Origin: Gemmatimonadota bacterium
GTDB lineage: Bacteria > Gemmatimonadota > Gemmatimonadetes > Palauibacterales > Palauibacteraceae
NCBI GenBank assembly: GCA_039587445.1
Contig: JBDHIM010000019.1
Span: 1,728 to 65,727, forward strand
Reading direction: 5' to 3'
Length of the DNA stretch: 64,000 bases
Under the pieces are notes generated by a model that worked only from the letters and a program-made list of their open reading frames with translations, ran no database searches and had not been told where the DNA came from. The position numbers and the translations under genes were made by a program. Each line of letters opens with the position of its first letter. Position 1 is the first letter of the stretch. Positions 20,067-28,635 of the stretch are shown here, piece by piece.

Positions 20067-20459
20067 CTATCCTCGATAACTCTTCTGAGCACGCCTGACG
20101 GCGAACATCCCGAGCCCGCCCGTCACCAGAAAGGCGACCAACGGCGCCATGAAGACCGCGTTTGATGGCGGTGGCTGCAGGCCGACGAAGTACCAGGCGG
20201 AGATGGACCCCCGGCTGCCCGTCTCGCCGCTGCTCCCGTCCCAGGCAAAGAAGGCGATCGGGATCGGAGATCCCTCCCTGAACGAGAGCAGGCCATCGTC
20301 GGCCGCGGCCAACGGTCGACGAAAGACGACGCGCCACCGACCGGCCTCCCACTCCGCACTCGCCGTGAGACCGGCGCCCGAATCTACGACCTCGGTCGTG
20401 CCGAGGCCCGTCGCCCGCCCCTCGACCGCCCCTCGCCTGCTATGCCACAGCACGACCAT
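20067..20459 (-). pseudogene. C-terminal part of an EB_dh (ethylbenzene-dehydrogenase-like heme-binding) domain plus TM anchor; apparently split from the upstream ORF by a frameshift
   Basis: VVLWHS ... GRWRVVFRRPL ... IAFFAWDGSSGETGSRGSISAWYF matches the second half of EB_dh domains. The first half lies in the 20440-21573 ORF in another frame. Confidence 0.6.
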
Positions 20460-21573
20460 CCGCCGAGGTCATCGGAAACTGGATGGCCAAAAGGTCCGGG
20501 AGCGGCTCCGCCGGGATCGGCGACTCATCCGAGTAGAGGGCCCCGGCAATCTTGGCCTGCCACTCCTGCCAGCCAGGATCGGGACTGTTCGAGGGGTCGT
20601 GCCACTCGACGCGCAGAGCCAGCTCCGCTCCATCGTGGACGCCCTGCACCCATACGCCATCGACCGTCGGGGCGAACTGCCGTGGCGCCTCGACGATCTG
20701 GCCGACGAGCGGAAAATAGAAGCTCGGCAGATCGTCCCAGGAGGCATCGTTCGGGCCGTCCGGCAGCTGCTCGCGCCGCTCCACCCTCACGACCTCTTCG
20801 AGCTCCGGCGCCTTCGCGGGCCCGAGGCCTGCTACGTAATGAGCCAGGTTCCAGAGATCCTCTTCGGTGACGACGCCCGCTTCCAGCGCGTCCTGGTTGG
20901 AGGGCATGGGGGTGCCATCCACGCCGGTGAGGAAGCGCGTGTGGATCGCGTCGGCACCCACTCCGCCGTTGAAGAGCCAGGGCTCGGAGAGATCCGCGGC
21001 GCGGATCGGGAACCCCCTCCAGTCCTCGAGCGTCGGCGCCGATCTCCCGTCACCCCTTCCCTGCTCGCCGTGACACCGCGCACACTCGAGCGTGCCGTAT
21101 GTCTCTCGTCCGGGCCCGGCCCGATCGGCACCGCCACCCGGATCCGCGGATCGCTGAAGCACCTCGGGAGTCTCCCGCTCGAAGAACGGCGAGAAGCTCT
21201 TGACGAAGGCGACGACGTCCCGCTTCTCCTGGTCGCTCAGATTGGGCCAACCCGGCATCGCCGTCCCCGGAAGGCCGTCCCGCATGACCCGCATCAGATC
21301 GTCGTCCGTCGGGAGCTCTCCGCTCGCGGTCGTCCGTATCTGGTAGCGCGCGCCGACGAAGTCTCTCGGTCTCGGCAGCATCCGCGCGGCGGCCGGGCCG
21401 TCTCCCCGACCCTCCGCGCCGTGGCACTCCAAGCACCAGGCGCGATAGATCGCCTCTCCGTTCGCCGCATCCTGCGCAGGCGCCAGGCGCACCGGCAGAA
21501 GCAGCGCCACCAGCACCGCGATCCCCACCCCCACCCACCGCACGCGAGCCCCACGCAGCGGCAGCGGGGGCAT
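20440..21573 (-). CDS. secreted diheme cytochrome c fused to the N-terminal part of an EB_dh domain
   Basis: Signal peptide from ATG 21573 (MPPLPLRGARVRWVGVGIAVLVALLLPVRLAPAQD). CxxCH twice (CLECH, CARCH). EB_dh-like LRVEWHDPS ... LLAIQFP. Confidence 0.75.
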   Translation of the reverse strand: MPPLPLRGARVRWVGVGIAVLVALLLPVRLAPAQDAANGEAIYRAWCLECHGAEGRGDGPAAARMLPRPRDFVGARYQIRTTASGELPTDDDLMRVMRDGLPGTAMPGWPNLSDQEKRDVVAFVKSFSPFFERETPEVLQRSADPGGGADRAGPGRETYGTLECARCHGEQGRGDGRSAPTLEDWRGFPIRAADLSEPWLFNGGVGADAIHTRFLTGVDGTPMPSNQDALEAGVVTEEDLWNLAHYVAGLGPAKAPELEEVVRVERREQLPDGPNDASWDDLPSFYFPLVGQIVEAPRQFAPTVDGVWVQGVHDGAELALRVEWHDPSNSPDPGWQEWQAKIAGALYSDESPIPAEPLPDLLAIQFPMTSADGRAVA

Positions 21574-21704
21574 TGAACCGGGCAGGCTGCGGGCTCCGAC
21601 TGAGCGAGCGTCGCAGCGACGATGCGAAGACCCCGCAGCGAAGCGAGGAGGCTTCGCGTCCAAAGCGCGCAGCGAGCGAAGCGGAACCCGGAGCCTGCCC
21701 ACCA

Positions 21705-22511
21705 TCAGTGCCCCTCGCCTTCGTTGGATTCCTCCCACGTCCGAGGCGTCGAGCCGGAGCGCTCGTAGATGAAGAGGGTTACGGCCCAGATCTCATCGGC
21801 CGTGAGGAGATCGTCCCACGCCGGCATCGCCGAGTTCCAGGGGGCTCCTTCGACGGGCAGCCCCGGTCCCCCCGTGGCGATCCTCCAGAAGACGTAGCTC
21901 TCGGTCAGCTGGCTGATCGTCCCGTTGTCCGTGAAGTTGGCCGGAACCGGGTTCAGAGCGTGAGCCGCCGGTCCTTCGCCGTCCAACCGGTCCCCGTGGC
22001 AGGGCATGCAGTTCTGGACGTACACCGTGGCTCCAACCGCCAGGTGCTCCTCGAACGACCCGTGCTCGCGCAGCGGGTTCTCCAGCCCGGTCAGAGAGAT
22101 CGTTTCGCCCCGGAAGGTGATCTGGTTGGGCGGCGCCGGATGGATGGAGCGGAGCGAAGGCGGCGCACCGACGTCGGCCCGCACGCGGCCGTACGTCAGA
22201 AACCCGACCAACAGCGGGAACGCGACGAGCAGAGCGACACGGAACATCCGCTTATCCGGCTCCACCATCACCTGTCTCAGCGGGTCCTTGAACCGGGTCC
22301 AGCGATCTTCGTTCGTGCTCACGTAAAGGAGCAGAGCCACGATGACGGTGAGCATGTACTGGAGCAGCACGCTCGAGGGGACCGGCGCGCTGTGAACGCC
22401 TATGGCCGGCAGCAGATAGCCGATGCCGAACTTGAACAGGAGGTACGAGCCGACGAGCACGCCTAGCGCCTGCCAGAATGGGTGGCCGAGGTAGGAGCCC
22501 GCTCGACTCAT
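21705..22511 (-). CDS. membrane-bound monoheme cytochrome c (3 N-terminal TM helices)
   Basis: ATG 22511 (MSRAGSYLG..) is preceded by AAGGGAG. Single CMPCH heme site in the C-terminal soluble domain. Confidence 0.75.
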   Translation of the reverse strand: MSRAGSYLGHPFWQALGVLVGSYLLFKFGIGYLLPAIGVHSAPVPSSVLLQYMLTVIVALLLYVSTNEDRWTRFKDPLRQVMVEPDKRMFRVALLVAFPLLVGFLTYGRVRADVGAPPSLRSIHPAPPNQITFRGETISLTGLENPLREHGSFEEHLAVGATVYVQNCMPCHGDRLDGEGPAAHALNPVPANFTDNGTISQLTESYVFWRIATGGPGLPVEGAPWNSAMPAWDDLLTADEIWAVTLFIYERSGSTPRTWEESNEGEGH

Positions 22512-22548
22512 CCCGTCAGCTCCCTTCTCATCTCGTCCGGATCCGCTC

Positions 22549-23337
22549 TCATCGTTCTTCTGCCAGGAAGCGAACGAGGGTCTCGAGCTGCCCGGCAGAG
22601 AGCTGATCGCCGAAGTTCGCCGGCATCGTTCCGGCCACGGCCTCGAAGCCCTCTGCCGTGTCGGCATTGGGGAGAAGGATCGAATGCCGGATGTACTCCG
22701 GGTCCAGCCGACCGGCCATCTCGTCCAATCTGGGCCCGAGCGCCACCCCCTCTTCGCCGAGCTGATGGCAGGCTAGGCAGGTGCTCGCCCTCAAGAGCTC
22801 CACGGGATCCGTGACGGCGGGGTCGATCCCCGGGCCGGCCGCCGCGCCCGTCCCGCCGGCCCCGGCCGCGGCGCTTCCCGCACTCTCCGCGGGAATGTCC
22901 GCCGCGGTAACCGTGATCTCTCCTCCCTGATTCTCGAGGAAGGCCACGAGCGCCCAGATCTGCGCCTCAGAGAGGATCCGCCGCATGTCCGGCATGATTG
23001 GCTGGAAGCCGTCGATCACGAAGACACCCGGCTCGGTGAGGGATTCGTACAGGTACTCCTTGCAGGCCAGGCCCTCTCGGCGGGTCGCGCAGGTCGTGCC
23101 CGATACCCCGACCAGGTCGGGTGCCCGCGTGCCGAGCCCGTGGCAGGCGGTACAGCCGCCCGCACCCACGTAGAGCCCCTCTCCGATCGCGGCGAGTTCC
23201 TCGGGCGTGACGTCGGCCCCGATCGTCGTTTCCTCGGGCACCTCCGATGCGACCTGCGGGATCATGTTCGCGACCGCCGTATAGACCGCCAGCGTGCCGA
23301 TCACGATCAGCAGCACCGTCAGGTTCGTCCGAAGCAT
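22549..23337 (-). CDS. membrane-anchored diheme cytochrome c
   Basis: N-terminal TM, CTACH and CLACH heme motifs. Starts 3 nt after the CydA-like stop. Confidence 0.8.
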   Translation of the reverse strand: MLRTNLTVLLIVIGTLAVYTAVANMIPQVASEVPEETTIGADVTPEELAAIGEGLYVGAGGCTACHGLGTRAPDLVGVSGTTCATRREGLACKEYLYESLTEPGVFVIDGFQPIMPDMRRILSEAQIWALVAFLENQGGEITVTAADIPAESAGSAAAGAGGTGAAAGPGIDPAVTDPVELLRASTCLACHQLGEEGVALGPRLDEMAGRLDPEYIRHSILLPNADTAEGFEAVAGTMPANFGDQLSAGQLETLVRFLAEER

Positions 23338-23340
23338 CCC

Positions 23341-25059
23341 CTACGCCTCCGGCCCGGCGTAGTGGGCCGGCTCGGCGCCAGCGCTCAGGTCCATCTCGGA
23401 GGAATAGCGGGAGCTGACCGGGCTGGCGGCCGGCTGCTCGGCCAGTCCGCCGAGCCAAAAGATGAAGCCGACGAGCGCGAAGAAGATGAGGACGCAGATG
23501 CTGATCATCGTCGCGGCAGGACCAAGCGCCGGAGTGAACGCCTGGGGGCTGGTGTCGCGGATCACCTCGAAGACGTGCCAATGCTGCCGGATCCCGCTGC
23601 GCGCGAAGCCCATGAGACCCATGAGCCAGGTGAAGGTGACCGCCAGGATGAAGAGGGCATACTGCGAGCGCGCCGGCATCTGGCCCCAGCGTATGGCCCC
23701 CCGGGACGTCGCGCCCCTCATCATGAACACATCCAGACCGATGACGAAGAAGATGCAGGCGAGCACGGCGAGCACCTGGTACACGCTGAATCCGATCCGC
23801 ACGATCGCGGTCACGAAGTAGCCGTAGATCCCGTAGAAGAGGACGATCGCCGCCGAGAGCACGAACGCCGCGCCCTGAAGCATCGTCCCCGTCTTTGCCC
23901 ATGAGACGACCGGCTGCTTGTTCGCCCGCCGGTACAGGAGGAAGGAGAGGAACGTCGTCAGGATCATCAGGTTGACGGCCGTGTTCTTCGCGCTCATCAC
24001 GCCCAGGACGCCGAGGAACGGGTGGTGCGTGCCGCCCATCGCCGCGATCTCGCGTCGGTTGGCGATCATCGTATGCGGCGTGGCCCAGACGATCGTCCCG
24101 ATGACGAGGACCAGCAGCATCCACTTGATGTAGGGCATGAAGCGCTCTGCGCCCGGTATCCGGCCCATGCCGACCCAGAGGTAGTAGTTGCCGGTCAGGA
24201 ACAGGACGCCGATGAGGAACGCCTGGATGATCCACAGCCAGCTCATGAAGCCGCCCATCATCGTGATCCCCATCTGCTGGTTGAACTCGTAGATCTCGCG
24301 GCCCAGGTAGTAACCGGCGAAGGGGAGCACGATGAGCGCCCCGATCGCGATGAAGTTCCCGACGTAACCCATCCAGTCGTAGTGGGCTCTCTCCTCGTCG
24401 GTGCGTGACGCGAGGAACCGGTACGCCGCGTACGCCCCCACCACGGCGCCCCCGAACACCACGTTGGCGATGAGGCGATGGACGTTGATCGGCATCCACG
24501 TCGCGTTCGCGATCGCGCTCCAGAGCCGCACCGTCTGCGGAGCCGTGTCCGCCGCGAGGTCTCCCGGCGGGCTCATCATGAAGGTGAGCCAGCTGTTGGC
24601 GATGAACATCACGATGGTGCCCCAGACGTTCAGCGCCACGCCGAGGCCGAGATGGACCTTCTTGGAGAGACCCTTCTTCCAGCGATCCCACCCGTAGTAG
24701 TAGAGGTAGAGGGTGAAGGACTCGAGGAAGAAGAGCCCGGCGTACACCCACATCGACGGAGCGAAGATCGTCGTCAGATACGCCCAGAACCGTGGGTAGA
24801 GAGTGGCGAGGACGAAGACGAGGATCGCGCCCCAGATCGCGGTTGCGCTGTACGCGACCACGAGGAGCCGGGTGAACTCCTTCGCCAGCTTGTCGTACCG
24901 CTCGTCCCTACCGAAGATGCCGATCGCCTCGACGACGATCGCGAACATCGGAACGCCGAGCACGAACGCCGCGAACATCAGGTGCACCTGGGCGGCGATC
25001 CAGATCGCCCCGCGGGCCCCGATCAGCGGAAAGTCCCCGTACGCGGGGGCTTCGGCCAT
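23341..25059 (-). CDS. cytochrome bd subunit I (CydA)-like membrane protein, 13-14 TM, Q-loop-less, no CydB partner
   Basis: Conserved CydA signatures: TM1 His (AAQVHLMFAAF), FFLESFT (E99 region), TM5 His (PINVHRLIANVVFGG). ATG 25059 is preceded by AGGAGG; alternative GTG at 25131. Confidence 0.85.
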   Translation of the reverse strand: MAEAPAYGDFPLIGARGAIWIAAQVHLMFAAFVLGVPMFAIVVEAIGIFGRDERYDKLAKEFTRLLVVAYSATAIWGAILVFVLATLYPRFWAYLTTIFAPSMWVYAGLFFLESFTLYLYYYGWDRWKKGLSKKVHLGLGVALNVWGTIVMFIANSWLTFMMSPPGDLAADTAPQTVRLWSAIANATWMPINVHRLIANVVFGGAVVGAYAAYRFLASRTDEERAHYDWMGYVGNFIAIGALIVLPFAGYYLGREIYEFNQQMGITMMGGFMSWLWIIQAFLIGVLFLTGNYYLWVGMGRIPGAERFMPYIKWMLLVLVIGTIVWATPHTMIANRREIAAMGGTHHPFLGVLGVMSAKNTAVNLMILTTFLSFLLYRRANKQPVVSWAKTGTMLQGAAFVLSAAIVLFYGIYGYFVTAIVRIGFSVYQVLAVLACIFFVIGLDVFMMRGATSRGAIRWGQMPARSQYALFILAVTFTWLMGLMGFARSGIRQHWHVFEVIRDTSPQAFTPALGPAATMISICVLIFFALVGFIFWLGGLAEQPAASPVSSRYSSEMDLSAGAEPAHYAGPEA

Positions 25060-25142
25060 AGCCTCCTGAGCGAGCCCGGGTTCCAGGGCGAGGAGCAAAA
25101 GCGCCGCGGCGCCGGCCGCCGCTCGAAGCACGCCGCGGGGAC

Positions 25143-26534
25143 TCAGCGCTCGCCTCGCAGGAAGAACGGCATCCGCTTGGAGAAATCCACCGGCATCTCC
25201 TCGCGGACCCGTTCCATGAGCTCGGGCGTCACGACAGACTCCCCGGTGCGCCGGGCAAACTCCTCCAGCCGCCTCACGACCACCCCCCGCACGAATGACG
25301 GCACGCGGGCCAGCCGCGCCTCGGCCTCCGGGCTCCACTTCAGCTCCGGAGCAGCCGCTGTTCCGTATGATGCGACGCGAGGCAGGACCGGCTCGGCTTC
25401 GCCGGTCGGCTCGTAGGCGCACGACTCGTCGGAGCCCAGGTAGTCGCCGCTCTCGGCAAAGGCTCTCGCCCTGCAGCCACCGCATATCAAACGGTACTCG
25501 CAGCGTCCGCACTTGCCCTCCAGCTGGCCGGTGCGGATCTCTCCGAATACCGGCGAGTCCCGCCACACGTCCGCGAAGGCGTCTCGGCGCAAATCGCCGG
25601 CGACGACCGGCAAGTAGGGACAGGGCGTCAGCTTCCCTTCCGGCGTGATGCGGCAGTACTGGACGCCGCACGGGCAGCGGGTCGCGTAGTTGAGCAGGGG
25701 TGACTCCGGATCGGCCTCGAACACGTGCCGCATGATCTGAGGCTGGCACTTCGAGCGCACCATCATGACCCCCCGGTACTCCTTCTGGAGGTCGGCGAGC
25801 TCCGCCAACACCTCTTCGTTCTCACGCGGCCCGAGACCGCGCATCCGCTCGCCGCGGCCCGTGGAGACGAGAAAATAGAGATTGAAGCACACGGCTCCGG
25901 TCGATGCGGCCCAGTCGGCGAGGCTCCTGACCTCGTTCCGGTTGCCCCGCGTCAGCGTCATCTGAACGACGAAATCCAGCTGTGCTCGGCGCAGACGCTC
26001 CACGGCGGCCAGCGTCTCCTCCAGGGCGGCCTGGCCGTGTCGGAAACGGTCGTGGTACTCCGGGTTCAGCGAATCCACGCTGACCGCGACCCCGCGCACG
26101 CCGGCGTCCTTGAGTGACGCGATCCGCTCGGCCGTAAGGCCGATACCGTTCGTGCCTATCACGACGGTGGCGCCGCCATCGGCAGCGTGGCGGGCGATGG
26201 ATTCGAGGTCCTCCCGGACGAGCGGCTCTCCCCCGGACAGAACGAACATCGGAGAGGGGCTGATCTCGAGGATCTCGTCGGTGATCCTCATGCACTCCTC
26301 CGTCGAGAGCTCGCGGTCATCGCTCTCCCAGGATCCGGCCGAGATGTAGCAGTGCGCGCAGGCAAGGTTGCAGCGGCGGGTGAGATTCCACGCGACGACG
26401 TGAGGAATCGCCTCGGGCGATCGGGCATGTGAATCGGCGGCTTCGCTTCTCTCGGCGGATGAGAGCCGGACCCAGTCCTCGGCGGGGGCCGCGGCGGAGG
26501 CACGAGCCGGGGAGACGCCGAGAGCTTCGCTCAA
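25143..26534 (-). CDS. radical SAM/SPASM enzyme of the NirJ/AhbC/AhbD type with a C-terminal PCP_red domain
   Basis: CNLACAHC (Cx3Cx2C). NirJ-like blocks (VVAWNLTRRCNL, VLSGGEPLVREDL, GTNG, VSVDSLNPEYHDRFR). SPASM Cys cluster (CPCGVQYC...CPY...CGRCEYRLICGGC). C-terminal WSPEAEARLARVPSFVRGVVVRRLEEFARRTG. TTG start overlaps the upstream stop (TTGA). Confidence 0.88.
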   Translation of the reverse strand: MSEALGVSPARASAAAPAEDWVRLSSAERSEAADSHARSPEAIPHVVAWNLTRRCNLACAHCYISAGSWESDDRELSTEECMRITDEILEISPSPMFVLSGGEPLVREDLESIARHAADGGATVVIGTNGIGLTAERIASLKDAGVRGVAVSVDSLNPEYHDRFRHGQAALEETLAAVERLRRAQLDFVVQMTLTRGNRNEVRSLADWAASTGAVCFNLYFLVSTGRGERMRGLGPRENEEVLAELADLQKEYRGVMMVRSKCQPQIMRHVFEADPESPLLNYATRCPCGVQYCRITPEGKLTPCPYLPVVAGDLRRDAFADVWRDSPVFGEIRTGQLEGKCGRCEYRLICGGCRARAFAESGDYLGSDESCAYEPTGEAEPVLPRVASYGTAAAPELKWSPEAEARLARVPSFVRGVVVRRLEEFARRTGESVVTPELMERVREEMPVDFSKRMPFFLRGER

Positions 26535-28525
26535 CGGCGGGTTTCCTCCTCGGCCATGAAGCTCTCCATAGCGCGCCTCGCCTCCTCGGGGGTGGCCGTC
26601 TTGAAGTCCACCGGACAGTCGGACATCTCTCGTTCCACATCCCGAATCGGACAGCGCGTCACGCCGGAGGCCTTCGCCTCATCGATGAAGCGGCGCATCT
26701 CCTCGCTCATTCCGTCGAGGCCGGCCGCCTCCGCCTTCACCTGTTTCGCTTTCAGCTCGTTGAACATCACGAGCATCGTGTCCATGTCGAACTCGTCGGC
26801 CTCGATCATCGCCTGCTTGTTCTCGTCCATGACGCGAGTCGTGACGCGCCACAAGCCCGCCTCACGTGTGAAGCTCTCGACGGTGTTCCGGGCCAACGGC
26901 CGGGCGATCAGCGGGACGAGCCCCAGGCGCGCGAACGCCTCGTGCGTCCAGATGATCGGGTCGGCTTCCGTGCGCGGGCGCATGCTCACCTGGCCGGTCA
27001 CCGGGCAGCGCGTCTCCACCGCCATCGGCTCGGCGAACTCGTCGTCATCGGCCGTCACGACGACGGTTCTCTTCATCGATTCTTCCGCTTTGACCTCGGC
27101 GAGCGCGAACTCTTCGGCGTCGCCGATCCCCATGATGAGCTGCATGTGAGTGGGGAGGAGCTTCTGGATGGCACGGTCCAGCCAGGCGCTCGTCACCGTG
27201 GGGATCCCGGGGGGAGTGTACTCGGCGTGCTCCAGCACGTACTCCTCGACAGCTTTACGCGCGATGCCGAGCGCGAACGGGGGGACGCGGAGGATTCGAA
27301 CCTCGGCATCGGGCGCCCACTCGAGCCCCTGCTCGCCATCCTGCTCGATCCAGGGGATCTCCTCCGGCCGAACGTCCGTCGTGCCGATCAGCAGAACGTT
27401 GCAGGGGGCGAGTCGCAGGACGTTCTCCGCCTGGCTTCCCATCGCCGTGCCCTCGATCCGGTGGGCGCCGTGACGAGCCAGGACGATCAGCGTCGGATCG
27501 ATCTCCTCGGTCCATTGCATGACGACCTGGAACGGCTTGCCGATCAGGATCTGCGTCTCTAGCTCGACGTCCGGGAACTCCTCGGCCATCGCCTCGGCCC
27601 GCTTGATGTTGGCCTGCGCGAGCTTGAGAAGGCCCTTGTCGATGATGTTGTTGTGAAGCTCTTCCTGCTCCTCGAACTTGAAGACGCGCGACGCCTGGAC
27701 GGAAAGCACATCCTTGATGTTGTGAAAGACGGCGTGGTGATACTCGACGTCGAAGGCGCTGCAGACGAAGAGCCTCGCCCCGAACTCCCGCGCCATCTCC
27801 AGGACCTGGCGCATGGCCTTGTAGCAGTACGCCGATCCATCGACGCACACGATCCATCGCCCGCCGGCCAGCGGCCGGTCGTCCCGGATCAGCAGCATGT
27901 CCTTCTCGACGCCGCGAGCGACGCGGGAGGCGACGCCGCCGATCTGCGACAACGGCTGGATGCCGATGCCGTGCGCCCCCATGACGAGAAGGTCGTAGTC
28001 GCGGCCCGAGCTTCCCGCCAGCTTCTCCTCGTGCTCCTCGTCCTCGGCGACGAGACGGCCGTTCTCGCCGACCCTGACATCACTGCGCACTCGCTCGCCA
28101 CCATCGTATCCGGCAGCGATGTTCGGGTCGAAGCCGATCAGGCTGGGGAGGCAGCCGCGGCCCTCGTTCGCCTCCCTGATTATCTCCTCGTAGTTGATGC
28201 CTTCAAGGAGCTGCCGGGTCATTGGCACCTCCGCCTCTTCGCACCGTAAGCTCACTTGATCCAAGAAGCTATCGGAGATCAGCTGAAGGCCTTTCTCGAT
28301 GAGCTTGTCGTGGATCTTGCGCTGGCGCTTGATCTCATCGGGCGTCTGAAACTGCGCCGGTAGACCGGTCTCCAACTGGCGGAAGCGGACGTCGTGCAGG
28401 CGGGCGGCGTAGACGTGGTTCGCGGTGAGGTGACCTTCGGAGACGCTGCAAAGCTCAAGCGCCCGGTCGACCGCCCACGTCGAATGGTGGGAGTTGTCGA
28501 CCGGTACGAGAAGCTCTCGATACAA
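26531..28525 (-). CDS. tandem universal stress protein (USP) domains fused to two PCP_red-like modules and a C-terminal CP-motif region
   Basis: USP1 aa 1-215 (LLVPVDNSHHS ... VMGAHGIGIQPLSQIGGVASRV). USP2 aa 223-381 (WIVCVDGS ... ARHGAHRIEGTAMGSQAENVLRLAPCNVLLI). PCP_red-like aa 401-456 and 524-570. TTG start with GGAG upstream. Confidence 0.8.
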   Translation of the reverse strand: MYRELLVPVDNSHHSTWAVDRALELCSVSEGHLTANHVYAARLHDVRFRQLETGLPAQFQTPDEIKRQRKIHDKLIEKGLQLISDSFLDQVSLRCEEAEVPMTRQLLEGINYEEIIREANEGRGCLPSLIGFDPNIAAGYDGGERVRSDVRVGENGRLVAEDEEHEEKLAGSSGRDYDLLVMGAHGIGIQPLSQIGGVASRVARGVEKDMLLIRDDRPLAGGRWIVCVDGSAYCYKAMRQVLEMAREFGARLFVCSAFDVEYHHAVFHNIKDVLSVQASRVFKFEEQEELHNNIIDKGLLKLAQANIKRAEAMAEEFPDVELETQILIGKPFQVVMQWTEEIDPTLIVLARHGAHRIEGTAMGSQAENVLRLAPCNVLLIGTTDVRPEEIPWIEQDGEQGLEWAPDAEVRILRVPPFALGIARKAVEEYVLEHAEYTPPGIPTVTSAWLDRAIQKLLPTHMQLIMGIGDAEEFALAEVKAEESMKRTVVVTADDDEFAEPMAVETRCPVTGQVSMRPRTEADPIIWTHEAFARLGLVPLIARPLARNTVESFTREAGLWRVTTRVMDENKQAMIEADEFDMDTMLVMFNELKAKQVKAEAAGLDGMSEEMRRFIDEAKASGVTRCPIRDVEREMSDCPVDFKTATPEEARRAMESFMAEEETRR

Positions 28526-28599
28526 TCGCCGCTCCAGTCCTGTGGGTTCCGGCGGACCTTCTGCCCCGAGATCCCCTGCCCGGCTTACAGATCGCCGAC

Positions 28600-28628
28600 T
28601 ATATAGCGGCGCCCTGGATCGAAGTCAA
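28600..28628 (-). promoter_or_regulatory. near-consensus sigma70-type promoter (TTGACT-N17-TATATA) upstream of the USP gene
   Basis: Minus strand reads TTGACT (28628-28623), a 17-nt spacer, then TATATA (28605-28600), in the 110-nt gap between the ferredoxin and USP genes. Confidence 0.4.
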
Positions 28629-28635
28629 AAGGGCG

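Noticed and set aside
20440-20462. Possible selenocysteine (TGA) read-through joining the two EB_dh ORFs, considered because selB and tRNA-Sec are present.
   Set aside because: The two ORFs are in different frames. The upstream ORF ends in TAG. The TGA seen nearby is in the downstream ORF frame, where the preceding codons are meaningless. A frameshift or indel explains the split better.
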